Positions 48,941 to 61,062 of a stretch of 64,000 bases of DNA are shown one piece after another. A program made the translations under genes and the position numbers. The notes under the pieces are model-generated. The model worked only from the letters and a program-made list of their open reading frames with translations, made no database searches and had not been told where the DNA came from. Source of the stretch: Glaucostegus cemiculus (taxonomy: Eukaryota); assembly GCA_976551045.1 (NCBI GenBank), contig CDPCPM010000281.1, positions 13,950,001 through 14,014,000 of the forward strand, given 5' to 3'. Each line of letters starts with the position of its first letter. Position 1 is the stretch's first letter.

Positions 48941-50815
48941 GTTTTATGAATGGAAGTCTCTCCTTTCCTTCTATCAGGCAGTAGGAGAGTGAAATTTGTC
49001 CACACCAGTCAATGTGCAATGAGAACAGCATTAAATGGCATCCCTCAGAGAGGGAAATTTGTCTGCGTCATAAGTGTACCTTGGGCTCAGAGCAGATTGG
49101 CAGCTCAGTACCTCCTGTGGCCTCTGTCAGTGAGGTAACAAGATGGATTGTGGAACAGGTAATGAATGATTCAACGTGAATCTGCTTTTCACAACCAGTG
49201 CACCAAACCTCACCCTGCTGAAAGTGAATCTGGTTTGTCTGATTACGGAACGTGGTGGGTCACACATAGGCTTGCATTGTGCCCCAGTAGACACAGGCAT
49301 GAAACCCACAAGCAGTTTGCAGCTCTACCAAAGCAAAGATATGATGCACGTGAATAACTCACTGTTCTCCAGGAGTGGGAGATACTGTACAGCTGCAGAA
49401 AGCTCCCCTACAAAAGCAGAGAGACCTCACACAAGCAGATCACTCTCCTACAGGATCAGAGATGTGTTATATGCGAACTGGTCTCTCTTCCACAGGAGCA
49501 GGAAAAGGCCTCTCACTCCAGCTCACAAGCCTTTCTACATGAGCAGTGTCCTGCTCAGATACATACAGTTGACTCAGGGGAGAAGAGTAAACTTAGCAGG
49601 AACCAGACACCTCTGATTCAGGGTCTGCCAGCCAGCTGAACCCCAGACCTGAAGGTGGAAGCAGGGGTGGAGTTATCTGAGTGCTGGCAGGATGGTCACA
49701 CTGTCTCCTGAACAGAGACTGGTGTGTAGATGCCCTCTCACCAGAGGGATGATTTATCTCCCACCATGATCTGTCAAGCAGCCTACTCACCAGGTTCCAC
49801 AGCCATCCTGGACTGTTCCCTCAATTGGTTCTGTGTCGACAGACTCTCTTGGGACAGAGTTTTTCCAGTCATCAGGGACATCAGTGCAGATTGAAAGTGT
49901 AGAGGAGTAGCCTTTCAGCAGCCAGACTCTAGCCACGTGGTGTTAGGACTTTAAAAAGCCAATGTCATGAGGTTGTGAAACAAGCAAGGTACTTGGGTGT
50001 TAAAATTCAGACCCAAATGTTCTGATTTTTAATTTGTGCATTTTGTTGTTGATTTAGGTGATTCTGAAGACACTAATGCTCCTCAGAATTCTCGTTTAAT
50101 GCAAATCACATCCTTCATTATATAGAAGTTGGTGACACTGGTGTGGCAGCTGCTGTCATTGCTGCAGACCCTGCCAATTCTTCACTTAGAAGGACTGCAC
50201 ACAGACTGCTGTCAGAGGTGTCAGCATTGAGGCACCCGTTGAATGAGCATGCCAGCAGCTGAATGCTGGAGAAATCGCTCACTGTCAGTTGTAACACACT
50301 CTGGACTTTGGGAAGTGTTTGAGCAGCCTGCAGTGAACTTGGAGTGACCTGGTTGGGTCTCCCGAGCCAGAGAGTGTTCTATATAATAACCAGGAACACA
50401 GCAGTACAATGTGCTTCTAGCTGACTTCTTAAAGATAATAGTTTGTACCTCTGAGCTTCAGTTTACATCAGTGAGGGTGGAAATATATGTTTCACATGTA
50501 GGGTTATCTGTAGGTGCATGTCTAATGTCAGGGAAACATCAGAGGAGCTAATGTAAATGATACAAAGAAATGTCCAGTCCAACTCCCCCAATGGGTATAA
50601 TATCACCAGGAAATGATTACCTCAGGTCAAATTTATTTTTACGTGGTTTGCATAAAAAATCAGGTGCTAAATGATTCCATTTCTAGCTTTCATTTATTTC
50701 CAGAAGACAACAGAGAGCAGAAAAGTTTCCCAGGTAGCTGTGAACATTGAAGGTTTGCATGCTGAACTCACGGTGACCCTCCAAGCAGGTATATCCAGCA
50801 AACCACCTACAAAAT

Positions 50816-51246
50816 GAGACACTGCCTGCAGATGCAGGGATTTGGAGCCAAAAACAAGGTGCTGGAGTAACTCAGCAGGTCAGAGCAGCATCTGTGGAGG
50901 GAAAGGGATAATACTTCCAACCAGCTGTCTCCATCTGCCCATCATTCCCCTCGGTGGCGGCACTTGCAGGCTGCCCCCAAAACACTCTACGCAAAAGATG
51001 CATTTCACTGTGTGTTTCAATGTCCATGTGACTAATAAAGGTATCTTATCTTAACCAGGTTCCACCTATCACCTGCCAGTTCCCGCCTCACCCCTCCCTC
51101 TCAACTCTTTACACTGGCTACCTCCCCTCTACAATCTACACTCTCAGTCCTGATGCAGGGTCTTGACCCGAAATGTCACCCATCCCTTTGCTTCCACAGA
51201 TGCTCTTCGACCTTCTAAATTCCACGAGCAGTTTGTTTTTTGCTCC
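50816..51246. mobile_element. Penelope-derived fold-back element with a V-SINE tail inserted at about 50953-51053
   Basis: Inverted arms 50816-50910 and 51180-51246; hammerhead-like motif at 51145-51177; flanks ccacctacaa / ccacttacaa. Confidence 0.7.
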
Positions 51247-51841
51247 ACTTACAATGCATCCTGCCCACAACCTGTCTCTTATGCTTGAAGCACAGTTTTG
51301 GCAACCTAATGCAGTGCCGCCTTCTTCTGCTGGATTTTGAATACGGAGCTCATCTAACGGAATGAGTTATGGAATTCCTTCTGTCAATGATCCCAGCTTC
51401 TGGGAGACTCATTCCCGGCACTAAACCCACGCTTGGTCTCCCCCGACTGCTGCCTCATCTGTGCTCTCGCTGGCTTCCTGGAACCTCTGGCCCACAGAAC
51501 TTGCTTGTGTCACTCACCCTCCTCCTCTAGGATGCTGACTAAATCTGGGGACAGCTGAACATCCCATGAAGCCACTTCTCCACAGGACTCTGCAAAGACT
51601 TCCAGCTTTAGTGGTGAAGTGTTCTTTCGGAGTCGGAGCCTTGGTTTGTATCAGCACAGAGCTGTTCTACAGGTGGGTGGTGCTGCGTTTTTAACAAGCT
51701 GCTTCTAATCAGGAAAACAAGGCACTAAAAATGCACGCATTGTTTTGTCGTAGAAGCATGATTGTAAACTAAGTGCCGGCAGCACTGGGATAAGCAAACA
51801 CTGGCCGGCCTCACCTCACTAATTCAGCATGTTAATTTCAT

Positions 51842-52730
51842 AGCCCACTGTACTCTCTCTACACTTATGACTGTGTGGCTGGGCACAGCTCAAACGCCAT
51901 CTGTAAGTTTGCCGATGACGCCACTGTTGTTGGCAGAATCTCAGACGGCGACGAGGAGGCGTACGGGAGTGAGATGGATCAGCTGGTTGAGTGGTGTCAC
52001 AACAACAACCTCACACTCAACGTCAGCAAGACCAGGGAAGTGACTGTGGACTTCAGGAAGGTGAAGTCGGGAGAACACACACCAGTCCCCTATGAGGGGT
52101 CAGCGGTGGAAAGGGTGAGCAGCTTCAAGTCCCTGGGCGTTAACATCTCAGAGGATCTGTCTTGGGCCCAACATATTGTTGCAATCATGAAGAAGGCACA
52201 CCAGTGGCTATAGTTGCTTAGGAGTTTAAGGAGATTTGATACGTCACCAAAGACTCTTGCAAATTTCTGCAGATGTGCAGTGGAGAGCATTCTGACTGGT
52301 TGCATCACCGCCTGATATGGAGGCTCCAATGCACAGGACTGAGAGAGGCTGCTGAGGGTTGTAGACTCAGCCAGCTCCATCACAGGCACAACCCTCCCCA
52401 CCACCGAGGACATCTTGAAGAGGCAGTGCCTCAAGAAAGCAGCATCCATCACTAAGAACCCTCACCATCCAGGACATGCCCTCTTCACATTACAACCATC
52501 AGGGAGGAGGTACAGGAGCCTGAAGACCCACACTCAGCGATTTAGAAACAGCTTCCCCTCGGCCATCAGATTTCTGAACGGTCCATGAATGCCACCTCAC
52601 TTTTCCTCTTTTGCACAATATATTTATTTTTGTAACTTATAGTAATTTTTATGTCTTGCACTGTACTGTTGCTGCAAAACAACAAATTTCACAACATTTG
52701 TCAGCAGTGATAAACCTGATTCTGATTCTT
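51842..52730 (+). mobile_element. Rex1/Babar LINE RT and 3' end, with stops
   Basis: ICKFADDATVVGRIS...WCHNNNLTLNVSKTRE; HPGHALF...GRRYRSLK; (ctgatt)n tail. Confidence 0.92.
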
Positions 52731-53902
52731 CTCAGATTCACCAAATACCAGGCATCTGCACACGAGATCAGCTCCACTCCTGCTTCCCGTGTCCACAGCC
52801 TGAGTGGTGGGCTGGTAAATTATCTGTCTGAAAGCTGGCAACTTTAAACGGGCAGCGCAGTGACCTCCTGGGGTCCTTTATGGCTGTAAGGGAAGAGTGA
52901 TGGAAACGTAAGACCCTTGGCCACAAACACAAAGTCCCGGAGCCCCAGCAAGGGACTCCGGGAGTTCTGAGAGTTCCTGGAATAAATATACCCTCTTCCA
53001 TGTTTTAGCCCCTGCGGAGGACACATTGCCTGTTTCCAATCTTCACTGTCTGAGTATTACGAGCCAGGTCAATGCAGCTTTTTTTTTGGGTTTGACAGCA
53101 GAATCTTAATCATGGCACTAATTTCCCATGGGATGGAGTATATTAACAAACAGTGTATCAAGCCCTGGTGGATCTGCATGTTATGTGTTAGTGCTCAGTA
53201 TTAACGGGGCAAATAATTACTTCCCTAAGTGCTTTTATGTGTCCGAGAGGAAACTGCTGTGATTTTAAAGGAGTTTGTTGCATTCTAATCACATCACTCA
53301 TCCTAGGAAGCTATAGCAAGCTATGAACCATGTCTGTTCCATAAGCATTCTCTAATGGCTCAACAAGATGACAGCAACAATTATCCACCGATTTTCATCA
53401 AACCAAGTGGTGATCAATGATCTATGAAGTAAGTGATTTAGAATTCTTCTAAAAAGTGGAGAAGCACAAGGGCAAAAAAGGCCAAATGTAAATTAATCTT
53501 TTGAAATGATGTTTTTGTATATTTGTTGAATATGTCAATCTTTTTTCCTTCAAAACCAAGATGAGTTTCAGGCAAGTCACTCTAATGTTTTAAAAGAAGT
53601 TGGTCTCTCCCAGTAGCTCAGATGTAAAGGTAAAGCTGATATCGAGGGTTTCTTCCAGGGCTGCAGTAAGTTATCTGATGTCAGTTGTGGCAGGACTGCC
53701 AAAGAAGGAATAGATCAGAGTGTGATGCCTTCTGCTGCTGAATTTATTGCTGTGGTTACATATGATAAATAGTTAAGTGGGAATTCTTGGAGAACCATTT
53801 CAGCCTTAGGAATGAGTGCTTGGCAAGAGATGGCCACCAGGATTATGCTGATAATACAGCACCTGCCTATGGTGCATTGTACTGCACTTAACCCTCAACC
53901 AG

Positions 53903-54545
53903 GTAGAGTCATAGAGTCATATAGCAGGGAAACAGGCCCTTCAGCTCACTGGTCCATGCTGACCAGTTATGTGCCTGTGATGCTGCTGCAAGTAAGTTTT
54001 TCTTTGCACCTGTGCACACATGTACTTGTGCATATGACAATAAACTCGACTTTGTCTTTGACCACTACACCCCTCTAAGCTAGTCCCATTTCCCCATGTT
54101 TGTCCCATATCCCTCTAAACCCTTCTGATCCATGTACCCGTCCAAGTGTTTTTTAAATGTTATTAATGTGCCTGCCTCAATCACTTCTTCTGGCAGCTCA
54201 TTCCATATACGGACCACCCTCTGGGTGAAAAAGTTCCACTTAGGTTCCTATTAAATTTTTCCCCTCTCACCCTAAACCTCTATCCTTTAGTTCTTTATTC
54301 TCCAAACCTGGGAAAAAGTCTGTGCACATTCACCCTATCTATGGCCCTTGTGATTTTATACACGTCTATATAATTACCCCTCATTCTCCTCTGCTCCAAT
54401 GAATAAAATCCCAGCCTGCTCAACCTCTCTCCATAACTCAGTTCCTAAAGTCCCAGCAACGTGCTTGTAAATCTCCTCTGCACTCTTTCCAGCTTAATGA
54501 CATGTTTCCTGTAGCAGGGTGACCAAATCTGAACATAGTACTAAT
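53903..54545 (-). mobile_element. CR1 LINE 3' end interrupted by a Rex1-type tail (53967-54062, + strand)
   Basis: tagagtcatagagtcat...aaacaggccc tail; tgacca on both sides of the insert. Confidence 0.8.
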
Positions 54546-54600
54546 TTACTGTGAAAATAACTGCTCGTTAATAAGTTGAACAAACTTAGGTCCTTGTTTC

Positions 54601-55460
54601 CATAGAACCATAGAACAATACAGCACAAGACAGGCCCTTCAGCCCACCATGTTGTGCACCCTTCAAACCACACCTAAGACTATCTAACCCCTTCCTCCCA
54701 CATATCCCTCTATTTTAGAACATAGAACAATACAGCACAGAACAGGCCCTTCGGCCCATCAAGCTGTGCCATCCTACAAACATCTCCCAAACTAACTCTT
54801 TCCACCCTCATATCCTACTATTCCACATTCTTCCATGTGCTTATCTAACAATCTCTTAAACCTGTCCAATGTATCTGCCTCCACTACCACCCCAGGCAGT
54901 GCATTCCATGCACCAACCACTCTCTGGGTGAAAAACTTCCCTCTGACATCTCCCCTATACTTTCCACCAATTATCTTAAAGGCATGCTCTCTCGTCTTGA
55001 GCATCTGTGCTCTGGGAAAGAGGCGCTGACTATTAACTCTATCTATTCCTCTCAATATCTTAAACACCTCTATCAAGTCCCCTCTCATCCTCCTCCTCTC
55101 TAATGAGTAGAGCCCTAGCACCTTCAGCCTCTCTTTATATTCCATACCCTCCAATCCAGGCATCATCCTGGTAAATCGCCTCTGTACCCTCTCCAACGCC
55201 TCCACATCCTTCCTATAATGCGGCGACCAGAACTGAACACAATATTCCAAGTGCGGCCTAACTAGAGTTTTATAAAGCAGCATCATCACCTCTCCAGATG
55301 CTTATCTAACAATCTCTTGAACTTGACCAACGTATCAGCCTCCACCACCACCCCAGGCAGCGCATTCCATGCACCAACCACTCTCTGGGTGAAAACCTCC
55401 CTCTGACATCTCCCTTGAACTTCCCACCCATTATCTTAAAGCCACGCCCTCTTGTATTGA
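54601..55460 (-). mobile_element. Young CR1 (54716-55292) nested inside another young CR1 (54601-54715 and 55293-55460)
   Basis: Inner ORF 54792..55289 is intact (LYKTLVRPHLEYCVQFWSPHYRKD...). The outer pieces are contiguous in the copy at 17613-18155. Confidence 0.9.
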
Positions 55461-55844
55461 TTAGCTCAAGGTAAGACAAAATTGCATTTATATAGATATT
55501 TCTTTGACCATGGGAGGTGTCAACACACTGGAGCCAGTGAAATTCTCCTCAAGTTGTAGAAAGTTAGCAGAGCCACAGCTGTCAAACAGCCCCTTAGTAG
55601 ATGGGACCCAGGCCAATGGCTGCCCACAGGGCATGCTGACGTCAAGTCATCCTACTTTCCAATAGGTTACTTGCCATTGTCTTTAAAAATTTACCTTCAT
55701 CATGATGGAGAATCCATGCCTCTCACCTCCTATGGCCACAACGTGAAGCTATTTAACTAATTTTCCAAGGCCCTTGTACTAACCCTGCAGAGACAATGTA
55801 TGCACTGGCAGCCTACGGTTTACATTAATTTTTCTGAACCTGGG

Positions 55845-56130
55845 TGTCAGCATTTAGTCCCCATCCCTAGAGAAGGTGGTGGCGAGACAACTTCGTGAAC
55901 CTCTGCAGATTTTCTGCTGACTGATAATGGTGATATCAGAACTTAGACCCAGATTCAACGTTCCAACCAGGAATGTTGATATATTTCCAAGTAAGAAGAC
56001 AACATCAAGCTAGGAGGGAACCTGCCAGCAGTGGGGTTCACGGGTACTTCGTCCTTCTTGAGGGTATAGATTACGGCTTTGGGAGGTACTGTTAGTGCAG
56101 CCTAAGTAAGTAATTATGGTGCATTTTATA
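55845..56130 (-). mobile_element. Old CR1-group LINE tail
   Basis: gtgtcagcatttagtccccatccctagagaaggtggtgg...agggaacctgc. Confidence 0.5.
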
Positions 56131-56974
56131 GTCGAGGAGAGCTGGATAGTAGTTGCACAAAATAGATAATTTCTCTACCCAGAGATTTAGCCTTTGTGAT
56201 TCAATTTCTGAGTGAACAGAAACATAATTAGACGAGTGATTTTGCGTCAATTAGCACTTACATTGACCAGCTCACTGACACCCAGTTTGTGCTTAATCAG
56301 GTCCACTCCAGCTCCAAATCTTAATCATGGACAAAAGAATGGAATTCTAGATGTGAGAGGGGGGTCACCCTTAATATTGTTTCATGTAACTGACTTTGGT
56401 ATTGAGGCAGATAAAGTTATAGCAATGTACAACATAGAAAGAGGCCCACTGCGTGTATACTGACCGTCATGCCTATCCATAGTAATACCATTTGTCTGCA
56501 TCACTTTGATATTCCTATCTTAGTTAGTGAACTTAAGGTGCAGGAGAATTAAGGGGAAAAATCTAGTTGGTATTAAACCTTGCAAAAGGAGTGTAGTTGT
56601 TATTGCTGAAGGCTAATTCTCTCAGCTCCAGGATTTCACTGCAGAGGTCCCTCTGAGAAGTGTACTAGGCCCAACCATCCTCAACTGCTTCATCAACAGC
56701 CTTCCTTCATCATAAGGTCAGAAGCAGATATGTCCGCACATCATTGTACTGTTTTGTTCCATTCGTATCTCTTCACATAATGAAACAGTCTTGTCACACG
56801 TGCAGTAAAACCTGAACCACTTCATGTACTGAGCTACTGCACATATCATCAAATACATAAAGCAAACAAAAATTGCTCAGATACAAAGGGGCCATTCAGC
56901 CTCACTGGTCACTCCTCTAAATGATCCTCCTCCCTTTTCAATCTCGTTTTAGCCATTCAGCATAACTTTTGGCA

Positions 56975-57445
56975 GATTTCTGTCATGTCCAGATTAGAGG
57001 GCAGGTGTTATTAGAGGTTGGACAAACTTGGGTTGTGTTCTCTTGAGCAGCAGAGGCTGAGGGGAGACCTGATAGAAGTTTATAAAGTTATGAGAGGCAT
57101 AGATAGAGTAGATAGTCAGTATCTATCTCCCAGGGTTGGAATGTCTAATACTAGAGGGCATGCATTTCAGGTGAGAGGGGAAAAGTTCGAAGGAGATGTG
57201 TGGGGCAAGTCTTTTACCCACAGGGAGTGGTGGGTGCCTGGAATGTCTACCAGGGGTGGTCATGGAGTCAGATACAACAGCGGTGTTTTAAGAGGCTTTT
57301 AGATAGGCACATGAACATGTAGAGAATGGAGGGATATGAACCATGTGCAGAGGGAAGGGATTATGTGTGATTAGCTTAATTCGGCACAACATATAGGGCT
57401 GAAAGGCCTGTTTCTGTGCTGTACTTTTCTATAGTTTATGTTCTA
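56975..57445 (+). mobile_element. CR1 LINE 3' end
   Basis: ORF 57018..57302 DKLGLCSLEQQRLRGDLIEVYKVMRGIDRVD. Confidence 0.88.
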
Positions 57446-57767
57446 GTATGCAGTTTGATCAGGTCAATTATGTGCTGATTTATGTAATAACTCCTCTCAT
57501 TACATTTCTGTTCAGTCAGAAATTGAATGGCAAGTGATATTCACACCTAACAAGTGTCAGCCAATAGGTATCTCCAATGGAAAGTTTTCTAACCGCTGTC
57601 ACTCCAGGCACTCAGTCATTACCACTCCCACTGTGAATATTCTGGGTATTACCGATTTCAGAAGTTGGCAAGGAACAGATACCAATGTAAGGTGGCTGCC
57701 TGTACAAGCCAGAAATGGTCATTCTGCAGTAACTAACTCACCTCCTGACAGCTTATCCTTTCAATCT

Positions 57768-58990
57768 TTTGGTATTGGTATTGGTTTATTATTGTCAATT
57801 GTACCGAGGTACAGTGAAAAGCTTGTCTTACAAACTGATCGTACAGGTCAATTTTTTCACAGTGTAGTAATATAGTTAGTACAAAGTGCAATTAGTACAG
57901 TGTAGTACAGTAAAAACAGTACAGTACAGAGTAAAGTGTCACAGCTACAGAGAAAGTGCAGTACAATAAGGTGCAAGCTCACACAAGGTAGATTGTGAGG
58001 TCACAGACCATCTCATTGTATAAGGGAACCGTTCAATAGTCTTATCACAGTGGTGAAGAAGCTGTCCTTAAATCTGGTGGTACGTGCCCTCAGGCACATG
58101 TATCTTCTACCCAATGGAAGAGGAGAGAAGAAAGAATGCCCAGGATGAGTGGGGTCTTTGATTATGCTGGCCACTACACCAAGACAACGAGAGGTAAAGA
58201 CAGAGTCCAGGGAAGGGAGGCTGGTGTCTGTGATGCACTGGGCTGTGTCCACAACTCTCTGCAGCTTCTTGTGGTCCTGGACAGAGCAGTTGCCATACCA
58301 AGCCGTGATACAACCAGATAAGATGCTTTCTATGGTGCATCGGTAAAAGTTGGTGAGAGTCAAAGGAGACAAACAAAATTTCTTTAGCCTCTTGAGGAAG
58401 TAGAGGCGCTGGTGAGCTTTCTTGACTGTGGTTTGACCAGGACAGGCTGTTGGTGATGTTCACACTTAGGAACTTGAAGCTCTCAACCCTCTCGACCTCA
58501 GCACCATTGATGTAGACAGGTGCATGTACGCCGCCCCCTTTCCTGAAGTCAATAACCAATTCTTTCATTTTGTTGACATTGAGGGAAAGGTTGTTGTCAC
58601 GACGCCATTCCACTAAGTTCTCTATCTCCTTCCTGTACTCTGACTCGTCGCTGTTGGAGATATGGCCCACTACAGTGGTATCAACTGCAAACTTGTAGAT
58701 GGAGGTAGAGCAGAATCTGGCCATGTAGTCGTGTGTGTATAGGGAGTAGAGTAGAGGGCTGAGGATGCAGCCTTGTGGGGCACCAGTGTTGAGAATAATT
58801 GTGCCGGAGGTATTGCTGCCTATCCTCACTGATTGCGGTCTGTTTGTTAGAAAGTCAAGAATCCAGTTACAGAGGGAGCTCTGAGTCCTAGGTCTTGGAG
58901 TTTGGTGACGCTTGCTTGGAATTATTGTATCGAAGGCAGAGCTGTAGTCAATAAACAGTAGTCTAACGTATGTGTCTTTACTGTCCAGGT
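57768..58990 (-). mobile_element. Rex1/Babar LINE, 5'-truncated, RT domain, frameshifted
   Basis: [52 protein letters not shown]...RTTRFKDSFF; (ccaata)n tail. Confidence 0.93.
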
Positions 58991-59734
58991 GCTCCTTTCT
59001 AAGGCACAACAGGAATATTCTTCACTCGCTGGGTGTATGCTGTCCCAGCTACACTCAGGGAGCTTATGGACAGCAACCATGCTTAATCAGTACCTATACA
59101 CCATCATAAACCTTACTCCACCACGTCAGCTGCAGTCTGTGCCACCCGCAATGATCGGTCAAAGCTCCTTTGACATCACCTCCCACCAACAATCCCAACC
59201 TCCTAGGAGAAAAAGGGGGAAATCACCCAATTCTTCTCCAAGTCACACACACTGTTCCAACTTGGAAGTCTGTCACTGATCCTATATTGCTCCTATGACA
59301 AAGTCCTTCCTAAGAGCACAGCAGTAAAACCTCCAACACAAGAACTACAACTGTTGAAGAGTTCAGGTCACCTCCACCCTCTCAATTAGGCAGGGGCGGT
59401 ACCTGCTGGTCTTGACAGTGACATCCACATTCCACACTTCCTGCTAAAATGATCCATTGTAGCCTCCTGAACAGTGTGATCAGTGTTGTTGCATTTGATC
59501 GGGAGAATGGGGTGTTTGGGAATTGCTGGTGCAAATCTGCCGAGGATATTTAGAAGGTAGTAAATGGTGGATGGCAAATTGTAGCTGAGAGAACCTTCCT
59601 GCCCTTTAGGAGTTCCCTGGGCACTGAATGCCATTAACTTCCACTGACAGAGTTTGCCATTCCATTCCTTGAATCTGTCACCATCTGTGCCAGTGTTCTG
59701 CCGAAGCAGCTCATTGAAGGATTGATGTCATTAC

Positions 59735-60200
59735 TGGCGTCAGCTTGGCTCATTCAGCAACTTGCGACTCTCAGTGAGTGGAATGTGAGCCTGGTCTATC
59801 GTGTATTAAGTTGTATTTACCCAGCCAGGGATCAGGCCTTACATTGCCATGTCAGCACCTGATCTCGGCTGGGGCTACGGCCCAGCGCCGAGACCTACTA
59901 TGTTTTCACCAGGATTAATTTTAAGTGAGATATTAAACAAAGATGCTGCCTGCCAGTTCAATGTTAAGAACTCCTTCGTGCTACTATATCAAAGGACAGA
60001 GAAAGCTCCTGACTTCCTTGCCAACTGCCTTCTTCAATCAACGCCATAAAAATACAGGAGCCGGTTATTCATTGCAGTGCAGTTTATGGAAGCATGCTTG
60101 TCCAGCACAGCTGATGTGGTTGGCTGCAGAGCAACACTGATATACTTCACAGTACTCGAAGGGCTCTGGGACATTTCTGTGAGCTGTGATAAGCTTCTGC
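59735..60200 (+). mobile_element. Highly diverged Deu-SINE-like element
   Basis: tcagcttggctca head, gagatattaaac, ttcttcaatcaac...tattcattgc...tttatggaagcatgc...tacttcacagta...tctgggacattt. Confidence 0.45.
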
Positions 60201-60714
60201 GTCAATGTATGTCCTGCTTTCTCTTTTATTGACTGTTTGCTCCATTAAGAATGAATCGCAGGTAGCTGGCAATGAATTGTCAGACAGTGGTGTACTAACT
60301 AGCTTGAGCTGAAGCATACAAATGTTTCTAAGATGTGAAGTAGGTCTGGCAGATTAATTTGTCAATAGTTTTTTTCCAAACTGGCTGAAGGCAGAACAAG
60401 GAGCCTCTCATTGTTCCTTCCCCTCATTACATGATTGTTATGATGTGCTTTCTTGCATTGCTGAGATATCGAGGGGAGAGTACATAGGGCTATCTCACAC
60501 GGGGTAGCTGTCTAACCATGGTTCACCTTCAAACATTTCTAAAAATTGCAAATACTATAATCTTACACCAGAAAACTGACCAAGTCACTTACCACAGCTG
60601 TGCTACTTACACATGGAAAAGGTCTACCCGGTCTTTCCCTGCAGGTAGTCATCCTGTGCCCCCTTCTTGCAGTTCTGTCTAAAACCTGATCAATTATACC
60701 TGCTCCCTGGTACA

Positions 60715-61062
60715 CCACAGTGGCAGCCAGTAGAGCTGTGACCTCACAGCTCCAGCAACCCAGGTTACAATGATACCTTCCACTGCTGTCTGTCTGGAGT
60801 TTGCATGTTCTCTCTGTGACCACATTGGTTTCTTCTGAGTGCACCAGTTTTCTCTCACATCTCAAAGACAAGCAGATACGTGTGATAATTATCAGCTGTA
60901 AACTGCCCTAATGTGTACGTGAGTAGTGGAATTCGGGTGGACTTGGTGGGAACATGGGGAGCATAAAACACAGGATTAGTGTAAGATTAGTGTAGGTGGG
61001 TAGTTGATGGTTGGTGTGGATTTAGGAACTATTCCCATGTTATATGATTCTGTGATTCTAGG
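60715..61062 (+). mobile_element. HE1-like V-SINE
   Basis: acagtggcagccagtagagc...cctcacagctccagcaacccagg...ggagtttgcatgttctctctgtgacc; tail atgattctgtgattct. Confidence 0.8.

Larger units (their letters stand above)
56570..59440 (+). mobile_element. Old CR1-group LINE split into three pieces by younger insertions
   Basis: Piece 1 (56570-56830) EVPLRSVLGPTILNCFINSLP; piece 2 (57500-57765) WQVIFTPNKCQ...NILGIT; piece 3 (58990-59440) C-terminus and tail. Confidence 0.65.

Noticed and set aside
49176-49616. 146 aa ORF outside recognised repeats
   Set aside because: Non-ATG start, no recognisable domain and no convincing splice boundaries.
49785-49920. Minus-strand donor (cctg|gtgagt) with upstream open frames
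   Set aside because: No clear acceptor and no recognisable peptide; such donors occur by chance.
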